Notes: a model not told the origin generated them from the sequence alone. A DNA stretch of 63,594 nt, filler included, from Octopus bimaculoides (GCF_001194135.2; 6 parts of 6 records of this genome joined end to end with filler, not necessarily neighbours in it), one strand, 5' to 3'; counted from the first letter of the whole stretch, positions 25,091 through 39,664 are shown. Numbers and translations are program-made.

Positions 25091-26011
25091 NNNNNNNNNN
25101 NNNNNNNNNNNNNNNNNNNNNNNNNNNNNNNNNNNNNNNNNNNNNNNNNNNNNNNNNNNNNNNNNNNNNNNNNNNNNNNNNNNNNNNNNNNNNNNNNNNN
25201 NNNNNNNNNNNNNNNNNNNNNNNNNNNNNNNNNNNNNNNNNNNNNNNNNNNNNNNNNNNNNNNNNNNNNNNNNNNNNNNNNNNNNNNNNNNNNNNNNNNN
25301 NNNNNNNNNNNNNNNNNNNNNNNNNNNNNNNNNNNNNNNNNNNNNNNNNNNNNNNNNNNNNNNNNNNNNNNNNNNNNNNNNNNNNNNNNNNNNNNNNNNN
25401 NNNNNNNNNNNNNNNNNNNNNNNNNNNNNNNNNNNNNNNNNNNNNNNNNNNNNNNNNNNNNNNNNNNNNNNNNNNNNNNNNNNNNNNNNNNNNNNNNNNN
25501 NNNNNNNNNNNNNNNNNNNNNNNNNNNNNNNNNNNNNNNNNNNNNNNNNNNNNNNNNNNNNNNNNNNNNNNNNNNNNNNNNNNNNNNNNNNNNNNNNNNN
25601 NNNNNNNNNNNNNNNNNNNNNNNNNNNNNNNNNNNNNNNNNNNNNNNNNNNNNNNNNNNNNNNNNNNNNNNNNNNNNNNNNNNNNNNNNNNNNNNNNNNN
25701 NNNNNNNNNNNNNNNNNNNNNNNNNNNNNNNNNNNNNNNNNNNNNNNNNNNNNNNNNNNNNNNNNNNNNNNNNNNNNNNNNNNNNNNNNNNNNNNNNNNN
25801 NNNNNNNNNNNNNNNNNNNNNNNNNNNNNNNNNNNNNNNNNNNNNNNNNNNNNNNNNNNNNNNNNNNNNNNNNNNNNNNNNNNNNNNNNNNNNNNNNNNN
25901 NNNNNNNNNNNNNNNNNNNNNNNNNNNNNNNNNNNNNNNNNNNNNNNNNNNNNNNNNNNNNNNNNNNNATATATATGCGTATGTGTGTGTCTCTGTGTCT
26001 GTCTGTCTGTC

Positions 26012-26049
<38 letters not shown>

Positions 26050-26534
26050 TCTGTGTGTGTGCGTGCATGTGTGTGTCTGTGTGCGTGCGTGTGTGTACGC
26101 ACTCTGAAATACACAAAACGTGATGAAAGCTGATGATCTTTCATTCTTGACTGCGTACTATCTCCGATCATTCAAGCATCGATCTATAAACTATAACCTG
26201 TCGAACGTTAGACTACCGGCCTGTATAATATATTGATCTTTCAAAAAAATTATATTGCTCGTTATATCGACATTATACACTGAAGAAGCCTTAAATGTGT
26301 CACTAATTTCCTAATGGAACGAGTTCTGCTACTACTACTACTACTACTACTACAACTACTATTACTGCTGCTGCTGCTGCTGCCGCTGGTATTGCTACTA
26401 TTACTACTACTACTACCTACACCACTATCCACTACCACCGCTGCTGCTACTACTACCACTACTACCACTACTGCTGCTACTGCTATTACTACTAATACTA
26501 TTACTACTACATACACCACCATTCACTACCACCG

Positions 26535-26582
<48 letters not shown>

Positions 26583-27468
26583 NNNNNNNNNNNNNNNNNN
26601 NNNNNNNNNNNNNNNNNNNNNNNNNNNNNNNNNNNNNNNNNNNNNNNNNNNNNNNNNNNNNNNNNNNNNNNNNNNNNNNNNNNNNNNNNNNNNNNNNNNN
26701 NNNNNNNNNNNNNNNNNNNNNNNNNNNNNNNNNNNNNNNNNNNNNNNNNNNNNNNNNNNNNNNNNNNNNNNNNNNNNNNNNNNNNNNNNNNNNNNNNNNN
26801 NNNNNNNNNNNNNNNNNNNNNNNNNNNNNNNNNNNNNNNNNNNNNNNNNNNNNNNNNNNNNNNNNNNNNNNNNNNNNNNNNNNNNNNNNNNNNNNNNNNN
26901 NNNNNNNNNNNNNNNNNNNNNNNNNNNNNNNNNNNNNNNNNNNNNNNNNNNNNNNNNNNNNNNNNNNNNNNNNNNNNNNNNNNNNNNNNNNNNNNNNNNN
27001 NNNNNNNNNNNNNNNNNNNNNNNNNNNNNNNNNNNNNNNNNNNNNNNNNNNNNNNNNNNNNNNNNNNNNNNNNNNNNNNNNNNNNNNNNNNNNNNNNNNN
27101 NNNNNNNNNNNNNNNNNNNNNNNNNNNNNNNNNNNNNNNNNNNNNNNNNNNNNNNNNNNNNNNNNNNNNNNNNNNNNNNNNNNNNNNNNNNNNNNNNNNN
27201 NNNNNNNNNNNNNNNNNNNNNNNNNNNNNNNNNNNNNNNNNNNNNNNNNNNNNNNNNNNNNNNNNNNNNNNNNNNNNNNNNNNNNNNNNNNNNNNNNNNN
27301 NNNNNNNNNNNNNNNNNNNNNNNNNNNNNNNNNNNNNNNNNNNNNNNNNNNNNNNNNNNNNNNNNNNNNNNNNNNNNNNNNNNNNNNNNNNNNNNNNNNN
27401 NNNNNNNNNNNNNNNNNNNNNNNNNNNNNNNNNNNNNNNTATATATACGTATATGTATATATATGTGT

Positions 27469-27501
<33 letters not shown>

Positions 27502-27502
27502 C

Positions 27503-27535
<33 letters not shown>

Positions 27536-27559
27536 CATATATATGTATATATATTTATG

Positions 27560-27605
<46 letters not shown>

Positions 27606-27639
27606 CACATACAAATACATACATGAATTTATATTCCTA

Positions 27640-28030
27640 TGTATATAGGGGTAATGCTATTTGTGTATTAGTGATAATTATATTTTATTATTCTCGTCTA
27701 ATAGTATGTAATAGATATATATAATTGATAAAGGTGATTTCTTCAGTAACTCTATTATCATAATATACTAGATAATAAATAAACATTAAAAGATATGATG
27801 GATAAAGTTGTTTATACATTCTCCGTATGTGTTATCTCTCTTTATCGTTTATCACCATGCATATCACACATAGAAGTAACTGATAGTATATTTAACTTAT
27901 AAATTATGTATGAAATGAACACCACAGACGTCACGCGCAAGCGATAGTAACTTAGTGGAACGTACCACACGTTTTAAAATGTTTTTGGAGCCTATTTAGG
28001 GGCGGGAAGCCATAATAAAATCACTGTTCC
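27640..28030 (+). repeat. Old local duplication, copy 1 (partner ~29390-29780)
   Basis: Shared blocks 'aatagtatgtaatagat', 'actctattatc', 'tgtttatacatt', 'atgtgttatctctct', 'aacttataaattatgtat', 'accacagacgtcac', 'aatgttttt'. Confidence 0.8.
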
Positions 28031-28114
28031 CAGTGAAATATCGAGGATTCGACCGCTACTCATTGTAGTCGAGAGTAGCCTGCAAGAACCTGAAATAAAT
28101 GGCCTTGATCAAAA

Positions 28115-28190
28115 TGCTTCCGAGTCAAGAATCGAACACTCAACTTCGTGTTGGAGAGCTCGAAACCTTACTCAGTGGGAAACGTGCCAA
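28115..28190 (-). pseudogene. Degenerate tRNA-like sequence (Trp-like, CT-CCA-A loop)
   Basis: Minus strand ...GAGCTCTCCAACACGAAGTTGAGTGTTCGATTCTTGACTCGGAAGCA carries a B-box GTTCGATTC, but the stems do not pair. Confidence 0.3.
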
Positions 28191-29389
28191 CAAAGCACCA
28201 ACATCGTTGTTATGAACTAATCTTTGTCATTACCAAGTTAGTTAATATCTGGTGTTAAAATTTTCTTCTAGTCAGTATCCATCCATCCGTACATTCATAC
28301 ACATACCCACACATATACACACATACACACACACACATATATATATACATACATACACACATACACACATACACACACACATATATATATATATACATAC
28401 ATACATACATACATACATACTTATCTAAATTGGAACAGGTGAAATCCGGTCTATAAATATTTTATTTATTATGAATGATTACACCATGTAATAAAAAGTT
28501 AATCTTGTTGTTCTAGTTATACAACACTATTATGGCCATCACGTCGAATAGCAGTACGTATAACACCATGACGACTACTTTCATGAATCACGAAAGTCAT
28601 CAAACACTTAACCACAATTACAAAAGCGGCCACACAACATCAACGCCAGCGTCATCACCAATGTCTCCGCCGCAAAAATCCTCACGCTACTACAACCATA
28701 ACACTCAAATACATCCACCACTACCACCAACACCATCAGCATCACCATTCTGATCGCAAAGTCATGACAAATTCCTAAAACTATAAAACGAGGTAAACAA
28801 CATCAACACAACTATTAGCACTTTAGATTGAACGATATAAATATCTGCATATATATNNNNNNNNNNNNNNNNNNNNNNNNNNNNNNNNNNNNNNNNNNNN
28901 NNNNNNNNNNNNNNNNNNNNNNNNNNNNNNNNNNNNNNNNNNNNNNNNNNNNNNNNNNNNNNNNNNNNNNNNNNNNNNNNNNNNNNNNNNNNNNNNNNNN
29001 NNNNNNNNNNNNNNNNNNNNNNNNNNNNNNNNNNNNNNNNNNNNNNNNNNNNNNNNNNNNNNNNNNNNNNNNNNNNNNNNNNNNNNNNNNNNNNNNNNNN
29101 NNNNNNNNNNNNNNNNNNNNNNNNNNNNNNNNNNNNNNNNNNNNNNNNNNNNNNNNNNNNNNNNNNNNNNNNNNNNNNNNNNNNNNNNNNNNNNNNNNNN
29201 NNNNNNNNNNNNNNNNNNNNNNNNNNNNNNNNNNNNNNNNNNNNNNNNNNNNNNNNNNNNNNNNNNNNNNNNNNNNNNNNNNNNNNNNNNNNNNNNNNNN
29301 NNNNNNNNNNNNNNNNNNNNNNNNNNNNNNNNNNNNNNNTATATATATATATATATATATATATATGCAACAATATCTGTTTGTATATG

Positions 29390-29780
29390 AATAGGGGTAA
29401 TAATATATCTATACTAATGATAATAGTATAATAGTATGTAATAGATGTATATAGTTGATAATAGTGGTGTCTTTAACAACTCTATTATCTGATTAAACTA
29501 GATGATAAATAAAAATTTAATGATATTATAAATAAAGGTGTTTATACATTATCTCTATGTGTTATCTCTCTGTATCTCTTATCACTATAATTCGAGGTAA
29601 TTCACTTCATATATAACTTATAAATTATGTATAAAATGAAAACCACAGACGTCACTCTTAAACGAAACTAACTTGGTGGAGATGCACCATGCTTTCTTAA
29701 ATGTTTTTCGAGCTTATGCAGGCGCAAGAAGGCAGGAAATCTCTCAGTATTTCCACCGTTCCCCCTGCAAAACATCGGAG
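29390..29780 (+). repeat. Old local duplication, copy 2
   Basis: About 70% similar to 27640-28030 by eye. Confidence 0.8.
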
Positions 29781-30490
29781 ATTTGGACAGTATTCATTCC
29801 AACAGAGAGTACATACATATACTGAAGAGCGCCCTGGCCACAAACCGGTGCAACCTTGTCAGTGACCAGATCTTATTATGTCTAGTGAAATATTTGACAT
29901 TAAATAATGAATGCCTTGGTGAAGTTAAAACGTTTTTGTATATCCAAATGGCTAATACGTATTCTCCATGATGTAGGATGTAAGGATTATATCTACTTAA
30001 ATTTTCTTTTTCTTCTGGTTCTTAATTTTTTAATTCTTCATAAAAAAAATAAAAATATATAACTCAAATGAAATATTTCTCTACTAACAATTTATTTTCT
30101 TATCACCACTAGCATCGAATGAACCATTACTTGGAAAAATATTCATTAACATGCACCCTATTAATTGATTAATTAATTAATTAGATCATGTATTTATTTT
30201 GATCGTTAGATTTGCTAATGCCGTCATATACACCAGTGAAAAGGAATGGATGGTCACGACTGGAAAGCCACTACCTTCTTTGAAACAAAGCCAAGTCAAA
30301 GCCTTAAACATGATAGTCTCCATTCTTCCCAAGAATTGAAATTTTGGAACACTTCTCGTAATTTCTTTTAGTACATTGCATATAATGCAAGGTGTCTTCG
30401 AATACAGTACCAAGCCGTTGAATGCCTTTGCGAGTGGATTTGATAGAAGGAAACTGAAAGAATAATGTCATATATATTCATGCGTGTATT

Positions 30491-30554
<64 letters not shown>

Positions 30555-30664
30555 NNNNNNNNNNNNNNNNNNNNNNNNNNNNNNNNNNNNNNNNNNNNNN
30601 NNNNNNNNNNNNNNNNNNNNNNNNNNNNNNNNNNNNNNNNNNNNNNNNNNNNNNNNNNNNNNNN

Positions 30665-30880
30665 GTGTCTGTGTTGTGCCCCCCCCTCTTGGAAACCGAT
30701 GCTGGTGTTTCTACGTCATCGTAACTTAGTGGTTCGGCGAAAGATATCCGATAGAATAAGTACTTTGCTTACAAAGAATAAATTCTGGGGTCGATTTGTT
30801 CGACTAAAACCATTTAAGACGGTGCTCCAGCATGGCCGCAGTTAAATGACTGAAACAAGTAAAAGAATAAAAGAATACAT
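30665..30880 (-). mobile_element. SINE-like repeat ('cttttacttgtttcagtca...ccatgctggagcacc' family)
   Basis: Reverse complement of the copies at 53690-53890 and 58128-58307. Confidence 0.8.
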
Positions 30881-30886
30881 ACACAC

Positions 30887-30917
<31 letters not shown>

Positions 30918-30965
30918 TGTATGTATGTATGTATGTATGTGTGTGTGTGTATGTATGTATACGTA

Positions 30966-31140
30966 TGAATGGCTTCCACTCATTTCCGTCTACCAAATTC
31001 ACGCACAAGGCTTTAATCAGCCCGGGGCTATAACTGAAGACATTTGCTCAATTTACCTTCAGTGTGATTGAATTTGAAACCACGTTATTGCCAAACGAGA
31101 GTCTAAACTCCACAGCGCTAACTGCGCCTGCATACTATTG
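30966..31140 (-). mobile_element. tRNA-headed SINE ('gcaggagtggctgtgtggtaag' family), degenerate
   Basis: 'tttccgtctaccaaattcacgcacaaggcttt...gaagacatttgctcaa' matches copies at 53936-54100 and 61220-61535. Confidence 0.7.
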
Positions 31141-33658
31141 TGTTACGCGTAGAAATTTTGAGAAATTGCTGGTTTTCCACATATGCAAGTCACCTCTCTG
31201 TACGCATCCAATGTTGTTGACGACACAAAGAAACAAACAGGTACCATAAGACATCCCATTCGATGCTCTGATTATTCATTCTTCCAATTCAATACCATGG
31301 ATGGGAACTGTTCTTATCGACCTCGAAAGAACCAAAGTTAAATTTAACACCGACTGAATTTGAACACTACAAAAACCTGGTAAAATATCACGAGCCAATC
31401 TCTCCAATACTCTAACATTCCTGCCAATTTACGATAAAGCAATGTCTATGTTTTGGCTGAGGGGATTTAATAACACAGAAACATATACGGAGTGTTTTTT
31501 TCTAAAACTTACACGAGGTTTCAGAATAATATTACAAATTGAACTAATCTTCTCTTTTCTTCATATTACAACTATTTCTTTTGTATGTACATTATGGTAA
31601 TTTAACACTAAAATCTATGGGACACCTTAGTCCGATATCCGTGACAAATAATTTGGTGAAATACTCTGCCGTCCTTGAAACGTGTAAATGTTTTGATGTC
31701 CAGTTCATTAAATATATAAAACACTAATTTACCAATTACTGTTATTGATTCATTTTCCTGTACTTCTTTTCTGTGCCAACAAAAGAAATCAATATTAGTT
31801 ACTGGTATAGTTTAACTTAGAGGAACTTAGATATTACGTTTCGGCGCTCATTATTGGCCAGGCCATGTCTAAGTTAAATGACTAGACAAAAATGTTCAAT
31901 AATTTAGAGTGACAGAAAAAAAAATGGTTAGATTCTCCGTCGATTTTCAAGAAGAGCATTTGGTATTTCGTTGGTTAGATAAATTGAATTGTTAATTGTT
32001 AAATGAACATGTAGAAGAAGAAACCCTGCTAACTGGTCGCTTTATTTGTCGCAAATTTTACCTCGGCACGATTTTTAACATAGAATGGAACTATTACCAT
32101 TAGATATAATATCGGACGTCCATTGTCCTATGTGTTTTATTTTTCAATAGATATATGATGTTATTTAGCTGTTATTCCGTGGCAGTTGAAGAGAACACCA
32201 CCTCATAGACGCTTCATCGTTCATTGGTATAAAGTAAAATGAGAGTATACCGAGTTAATGCCTTCTTAAGGGGGAGTTAATGGTGTAAAGCAACGGTGTA
32301 TATCGCTAAGATGTATTACTCAACGGAAAATGCATTGCAATAATTTTTCCATTTCTGTACATGCTGAATTCAATATCATGGCACGGTTACTTTAATTTTC
32401 TCCCTTTAGAGCTGATAAAATAAAGTACTGGGGTCAATGATATCAACCGATCGATTCTCTCCTTTCAAAATTCCCGACATTTTGTCAGATCTAGAAACAT
32501 TTATTTTGAAGGGCGGAATGTCAGAATAGCTAACACGCCAAATAAGATGCATAACGGCCTGTCTTCTCAGCACAGGGTTCAAATTCCGCCGAGTTCTACA
32601 ATGCCTCTCCACCTTTCAGAGTCGATAGCATAAGTACCTGTTAAGCACCCGAGTTGATGAAATCTACAAGAATTCCTTCACTCAAAAGTTCAAACTTTAT
32701 GTCTACTGTAGAAAATATTCTACACATTGAAGGGAAATTCAATAGGGAGTAACAAACCAAGATTTTGACAGGTTAGTCCTGCATAATTCTCAGTAGGTTT
32801 GCAGCAAATATTGTGGCATATATACTGTGAAAGTGAAGCCGCAAAGAAAGCTACTAAATATTTGTGGATAAGGGGGGGGGGGCAGAATGTCGATTTGTTG
32901 TTCCTTGGTTAAAATCTGGGGAAACTGCTCGAGGCCTGGTATGAACTGCATTGGTGAGTCGACAAACAAAAGAAAGAATTACTCAACAAATTTAGTGGGA
33001 TTTACATATATTATTATTTAAAGCAGTTGGATTCAGCCTTATGAGACAAAGTTTCTGTAAGAAACCAACGAAACCTCAGACCGAGCCAAACCGTTTTAAA
33101 TAATAATGTGTGTGTGTGCCTTGCGAGTAATATGGTAAACGAAAGCTTTTGCCCCAAAATATGCAGATGCGCAGTAAGATTGAAACCTGAATTAGGTGAC
33201 TGCGAAGCGATGACCTGAACAACGCAGCCGTGCTTGCACCTGCTAATGTTATTTATATTTTGAAATGTGATATGATATAATTTATAAACTCAATCTGTTT
33301 AAAACTATAACTACACATCCTTCTCTGCCTCATTTTTGTTTTCGCTTTTCTGTTTTGAAGAAAGCTCATTAGAAACAAACAAATACATGCATAAAATTAG
33401 ATAAAATTATCTAATTAAAAACGCATGAAAACCTAATTAATTACATAATTAACTTCGATATATAAAAGCGTGATAAATTTAACGTTAAAATGCAATTAAT
33501 GTAATGGCGTCCAGAATTAGCTGATAAAAAAACAATACGGTTTTCTGAGATGGTATGAAATATAAACAGTAGTTTTATTGATTCTCTTTAGATTTGGAAA
33601 TCTAATTTATATTGACGTTTAACTGGTATCAATACAGCAAACCGCTGTAATAATTAGC

Positions 33659-33750
<92 letters not shown>

Positions 33751-33958
33751 TCATTATTATTATTATTATATTTTTCATTCACTCGAGCTAAGTAGACAGA
33801 GTGAAAGAGGAAGATTCTACTTGGAAGCTGGAAATAATATCTAAAAATCTCCCTCAGTTTCTACTTTTTGTTTTTGTTTTACGAGATTCATGATGTGAAC
33901 CCCTGTATTGAAGCATATTTTGATGTATCTTGGATGGGTCATTATATCAATAATAAAG

Positions 33959-34047
33959 ACACGCACTGGTTTTATTTTATTCCTTTATTATTCGTCAATT
34001 TACTACACGCACTGGTTCTGTTTTATTCCTTTATTATTCGTCAATTT
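33959..34047. repeat. ~45-bp tandem duplication
   Basis: 'acacgcactggtt(tta/ctg)ttttattcctttattattcgtcaattt' twice (33959-34001, 34005-34047). Confidence 0.9.
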
Positions 34048-34169
34048 GCTAACTGTTTAACCAGTTAACTAATCGAATATTTCACTATATTCGAGCCCTT
34101 TATTTGTTGAACATATTAGATAATATGCATTTACTGTTTGTGTTGTCGATATAGAAAAAACACACACTT

Positions 34170-34905
34170 CAAGGCAGCGAGCCTGGCTAAACGCTTAGCA
34201 GCATTTCGTCCGTTTTTACGCTTTGAGTTCAAATTCGCCGAGGTGACTTTGCCTTTCATCCTTTGGGGCCAAAAAAGAAAATGAGTACCAGTTGCACATT
34301 GGTGTTGATGCAATCGACTTGCCAAAATATGAAACCGATATGGAAAAACACGCCATGAAACATGAAATGTCCAGAATGGAATAGAAAAAAAAACGTCAAA
34401 TTGAATACAACACCCTGGTATATGAGAATGAGAAACACTCTATAAATTGATTTTTTAATATGGTGATAATAGTTTCATAATTAGACATAAGGTCAGTAAA
34501 TAGAGGAGGAGAGGACATGTTGATTAAATCGACCTCAGTAAACAGCAGGTACCTATTTCATCTACTCTCGAAAGGATGAAAGGCAGAGTTGACCTCGGTG
34601 GAATTTGAACTCAGGATTAAAGAGTCTGAAGTAATGCCGTTAAGTATTTTGTCCGGTGTGCTAACGCTTCAGTCACCTTGCTGCCTTAATAATCCTTCCC
34701 ACTGTAGACACAAGGCCTGAAATGTTGGGGTAGGAGACTATTCAATTACATCGTTCCCAGTGCGTATCTAGTACTTACTTCATCGAACCCTGAAAGGATG
34801 AAAGGCAAAGTCGACCTCAGCAGTATTTGAACTCAGAACATAAGGACGGACGAAATGCCGCTAAGCATTTTACCCAGTGTGCTAATGATTCTGCCAGCTC
34901 GCTGC
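34170..34905. mobile_element. Three SINE copies of one family: + at 34170-34330, - at 34490-34690 and 34695-34905
   Basis: 'gagttcaaattcgccgaggtgactttgcctttcatcc' versus 'ggatgaaaggcaaagtcgacctcagcagtatttgaactc'. Confidence 0.8.
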
Positions 34906-36899
34906 TGTTCGCTGCCTTATTTATAATAATAATCTGTTCTACTATAGCTATAAAGACTGAAACTGTAGGTGAAGTGTTTAGTCGATTACATCGACCCCTA
35001 GTGCTCAACTGGTACTTACTTGCCTATAATATAAATGATTATTATTACTACTATTGTTGTCCTTATTTAGTCCGTTCAGGTAATTGTGATTAAGGCATTC
35101 AAGCCGTGACCATCCAGTCATTTTTGTGATATGCAGTTCTACATAATCTAACGTAGTGATTTTCATACTGATAAAAACTAGGCCTCTCTCCCAGATATTA
35201 GTGAAATCCTAAATAGAGTTTATATCGATCTAATTTTTCTTTCTACACCATGCGTTTGAACGTGTGTCATTGTTTTAATTATTGCTGTTCTTCAAGCACA
35301 TAATGAATTAGAATGAATTAGGCAATAATAAACACGCATCGGCAAATAGATTGTCTGCTAAATTTTTATAAAGAACTATAATTCTTTTTATTAGAATCAT
35401 TGATCCGCAGGTAGCTTTGACTGAAAAGAAACAGCCAGTTTGAAACAGTACCTCTCGAACTCACCTTACATGAATGAAGCGAGTATATTATGAACAAGCA
35501 TCATCCGAAAAAGACGTTATTCTCCAATGTTGAAATACAACAGCGATTCCTACATTCATGTTCGATTCTATAGGAATATATTAAGAATGAATATGTATCT
35601 CATTGTTGTGTAATTTCACCTTAACATGGCAAATATGGCCCTCTCCCAATGAGAAACAATAATCTAATCTAATGTAATATTTCCTTATCTAACACGGCAG
35701 AATGTGATTGGATTGAGATTTGGTTACTATTTCTAGTACGTCGAACGAGCAGGAAAATCTCTCTCATTTACTCGTATGTGTGTATGTGTCTGTACATGCA
35801 CGCATACTTTTGTTTGTAGTGAGTATAAGCGTTGGTTGCTCGGCTAATGTCTCCCCCTCACGTTTATTTCATTACACAGTGTTTGAATGAAAACCGTCAA
35901 CCTGAATTCCAGAGGGAGAACCAATAATAGATTTGATGTTTGAATCGTCAATATCGAAGGACACGCTATGAAAGATACATAATCAAGAACGATAATAAAA
36001 AATGCATCAAACAGAATACCATGCTGTGGCATATGAGAATGAGTTACACATTCTGTAAATTGATATTTAAATATAGTAGTAATAACATTTAACGAACACT
36101 TTCCACTCATTCGTGAAACAAGATGGCGATGTATTTCCTTGCTGGAAAGTGTTTATTCAAATCCGATTAAGTCTATCTCCTTCGTTCAGAAATCATTTGA
36201 GTATTGCACATCTCAACACATGATGTTCAGATTCAACCATTGACAGGACTTGTAAATATTTGGTGGTAGAAGGTCGGTATTAATATCCATAAATGCCTCT
36301 TTTTATGCATTTCCTATTAGTGTCCAGTACTTTACAAGTTCCTTACTTTCAATGCATCTCGAGAGACTGCAGCAGTGAAAAGCCTGTAGAATTATATTCT
36401 ACACTTCAAGGCTTGCGAACGTTTTGTTTCGAATTTGTTTTGTATTCAGATAAACTTAATTTGAACCGATACCTTGACCCTCCGACCACACATTGACACT
36501 TGACTGGTTGGCCGTCCAGTATTCTACATTGAAGACATGCGCTCTAAATGTTCGAACTACCTCAGTCACTTCCTAGGTAATATGGATTCAGCTCTGTTGG
36601 CTTGGGTTCGGTGGAGTTGTACATATGTGCTCCGGCTTCAAAAGACATTCGATGTTAAAAGTTTTCAATGTCCTAAAGGCAGCGAGATGGCAGAATCATT
36701 TCCGTACCGGGCAAAATTCCTAGCGCATTTCGTCCATCTTTACGTTCTGAGTTCAAATGCCACCGCGGTCGACTCTGCCTTTCATCTTTTCGGGCTCGAT
36801 AAAATAAATACCATTTGAGCACTGGAGTCGAAAATTATTGGCCTTGTGTCAAAACCTGTCATGTATCCACATACGAGAGGGAAAACACAGATTCACGGT

Positions 36900-37420
36900 A
36901 GACAATAAGCTTGCCTTCAACGACTGAAATAGATACTTGGAGTGATGCTGTTGCTGAGCTTTTCAAGAGATTGAGATTCGTCCGAAGCAGTTTAATATGC
37001 AGTTATTGCAAATGATGTTGCCCGCAAAGCGGATTAGAAGAATGAGGTCAATTGTTACGGTTAAATTGAAAAAGTGAGTACATGTGAAGAAGGTGCATTG
37101 TACCTTTGATAGATGGCTTCAGTTTTCTGGACGTTGATTGTTATGGTAGTCACTACCGAGGTGATGGCTGCTAGAGACACCGGTACATGATCTACCGGAG
37201 TACATTCACTCATTTCTTGCTTTCAGTGTCTGAAGCCACTTATTTATACATAAATGCAATCAACAAATTGTGAAGCCGCATCCTCCAATTTTAGTGAAAA
37301 TAGCTTGTAAACAATTTCGTGGCGAATGACATTGCTTTGATAAATTAATCTCTGGCTAATCTTGATAAATTAATCTACTGAAAAGTTTCTGGTTTTAAGG
37401 GTATCGCCAAAAGCCTACAT
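36900..37420 (-). pseudogene. Degenerate RTE(BovB-like) LINE RT fragment
   Basis: FATKLFTSYF / LEDAASQFVDCIYV, TINVQKTEAIYQ (cf. 'TISxKKTEVLxQ') and CFGRI (cf. 'AFGRL') in order on the minus strand. Confidence 0.55.
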
Positions 37421-39013
37421 GGAGGCCCAACCTTTCGAGTTATTTTACAGGGCTTAGAAATATTTAAGGGTCGCTGCAGTAAGTGTGTAAGACTAAGATG
37501 GAAATATGTTGAATAAAATCATAGCTAACAGATCTTCCTGTATTTTCTTTTACCCAACGCCTGGAACTTTCCAGCACCCACCTCCTATGAGTGAACTGCA
37601 TCCAAATTATTTTGGTTGCATAGTATTCTATTTCTTATTTAAATATATCTTGTAATGAAATAAATATTATCAATCAACATGGAATAGTTTGATAGATTTA
37701 ATATTTTGGCATATTTCTAAACTGTCTCAGAATATATCTCACCGGAATATTTTCTTAAATGAATTTCATTAGAATATTTAATATCTATGACGAAATAAAA
37801 ACCAAAAAGAGTAAATTATTCGGAGCATTCGCTTATTCTTTTTCTTTTATATATCATCTAGCTAAAATATATTTCAATTACATATATGTTAATAAAACGT
37901 TTGCTCATGAAAGTGCATTCAGAGTAAATCTATTTGATACAGTGGCTTAATTAATATGTAGTACAAATTTTAACTAAAGCGCTTCTTTATTTCTTCTTTC
38001 TTTATTGAAAATTCTAGTTCTGTAGATTACGGCAAGAAGTAAAAATGAACCATACTATTCAGTGTCTGTACCATGTTAACAACGACAATTTCAAGTGCTT
38101 TCAAAGAGAGAAAGAGAGTGACTATGTGAGTGAGTGACTGAGTAAGCGAGAGAGAAAGAGAGAGGGAGAGAACGTGAAAAGAAGAAAGAGTATATGGGTA
38201 GAGTGTATGTGCATGTGTAAGAGATAGTTTTTCATTTCCATCGATATTTGTTTCGAAACTAATATGATTTGTGGCACAAACCATATGAATGTAGGTGAAA
38301 TTTGTACTCCCGGTAACAAGGTAATTCCCTTGGTTATTTTGTGATATATAGCTCATACATTTCTACAAATCTTTGAACGTAGTTGCTAATAGTACATTCA
38401 TAATCGATATCTATAACTATATGTACATATGTGTATGTGTGTCAGTGTATGTGTGCGTGTGTGTGTGCGTGTATATGTGTGAGGGTAATGTACACAAAGA
38501 TTAATAAAACAGAAAGGGCACGGAAAGAAGAAAAAAGCCAAAAATTCAGTATTAGTTAAACGCATGAGCATAGAATAGCTTAACATTTCCGATGTATATC
38601 CTTCTTCAGAAACGAACGGTAAAAAATAGAAGGAATAAGGTAAAAGGAAAAATAGAGAGACAGAGAGGGAGAAAGGGTGAATGCAAAAATTTCAATTATA
38701 GAATACAATTAAATTATTGGCCAGAGGATATTGTGGGATATGAAGGGTTATAAGCCAAGGGAATACGTACATATATTCATAGACATACACATCACGAACA
38801 CACACACACACAGACCTGCATACTACGTGGTTAAGAATCTCGCTTTGCTACTGCGTAGGTTCGGATTCAGTGCCACAAGTGGTATCCTGGTTTAGTATCT
38901 AATATTGTAACCGCGGGTCGACCAATGCCTAGTGTAAGAATTGATACGGAAAACGAAAACCATCTGGAAGTTTACCATATATATGTGTGTGTGTGTGCGT
39001 GTGTGTGTGTGTA

Positions 39014-39051
<38 letters not shown>

Positions 39052-39664
39052 CGTGATGTGTGGTGTGTGTGTGTTCGTGATGTGTATATTTCCTTAAATT
39101 CTAAATTTCAAAATCATTATCGTTCTCACCTGATCACCTCACATTTATAATTTTGTGGGTCATTTTTCGCGGGACGTACGTGACAGTCAGAAATACTAAG
39201 TATGAATTTTCTAAACTGTAAATCTTAAGCCTTTACAAGAATTGTATTAATTCATTTGCCCAGGCCAGTATTGAACAAAATAAACTGGAATGTATCTTTT
39301 ACTTGTTTCAGCCATTAGACTGCACCCTTGACATGTATGCGGTGATTTTGCTGGGTATTCTAAAAGTTTTTGAAAACCTGTTTTAGTTTAACATCTCTCA
39401 TAATGGTCCCTATCAAAACTTCAACTGAAGCAAAACAATCAGACTTGATTCATTTCTCTTGATCTTTCCTGAATCTTAACTGCAGTACAACTCAGAAACT
39501 GATGTAATGATGTTGTTCACACATCGAAGATGACATCCCCAAATTCATGTTCTATATTTTTTTTGTGTATATTTTGCTGCTCCAATTGTGTTGCTCATGT
39601 ACACACCAAATCAGAGTACACTTTCATCATATACAAATTTGCCTTCATAAAACGATGAGATAAT

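Noticed and set aside
35071-35079. 9-nt micro-exon candidate TCCGTTCAG
   Set aside because: Lies at the edge of SINE remnants; expected by chance.
36347-36383. Minus-strand 37-nt exon candidate (LFTAAVSRDALK); similar weak candidates near 8.07-8.15, 43.33-43.36 and 46.06-46.13 kb
   Set aside because: Splice motifs only; no consistent chain or recognisable peptide.
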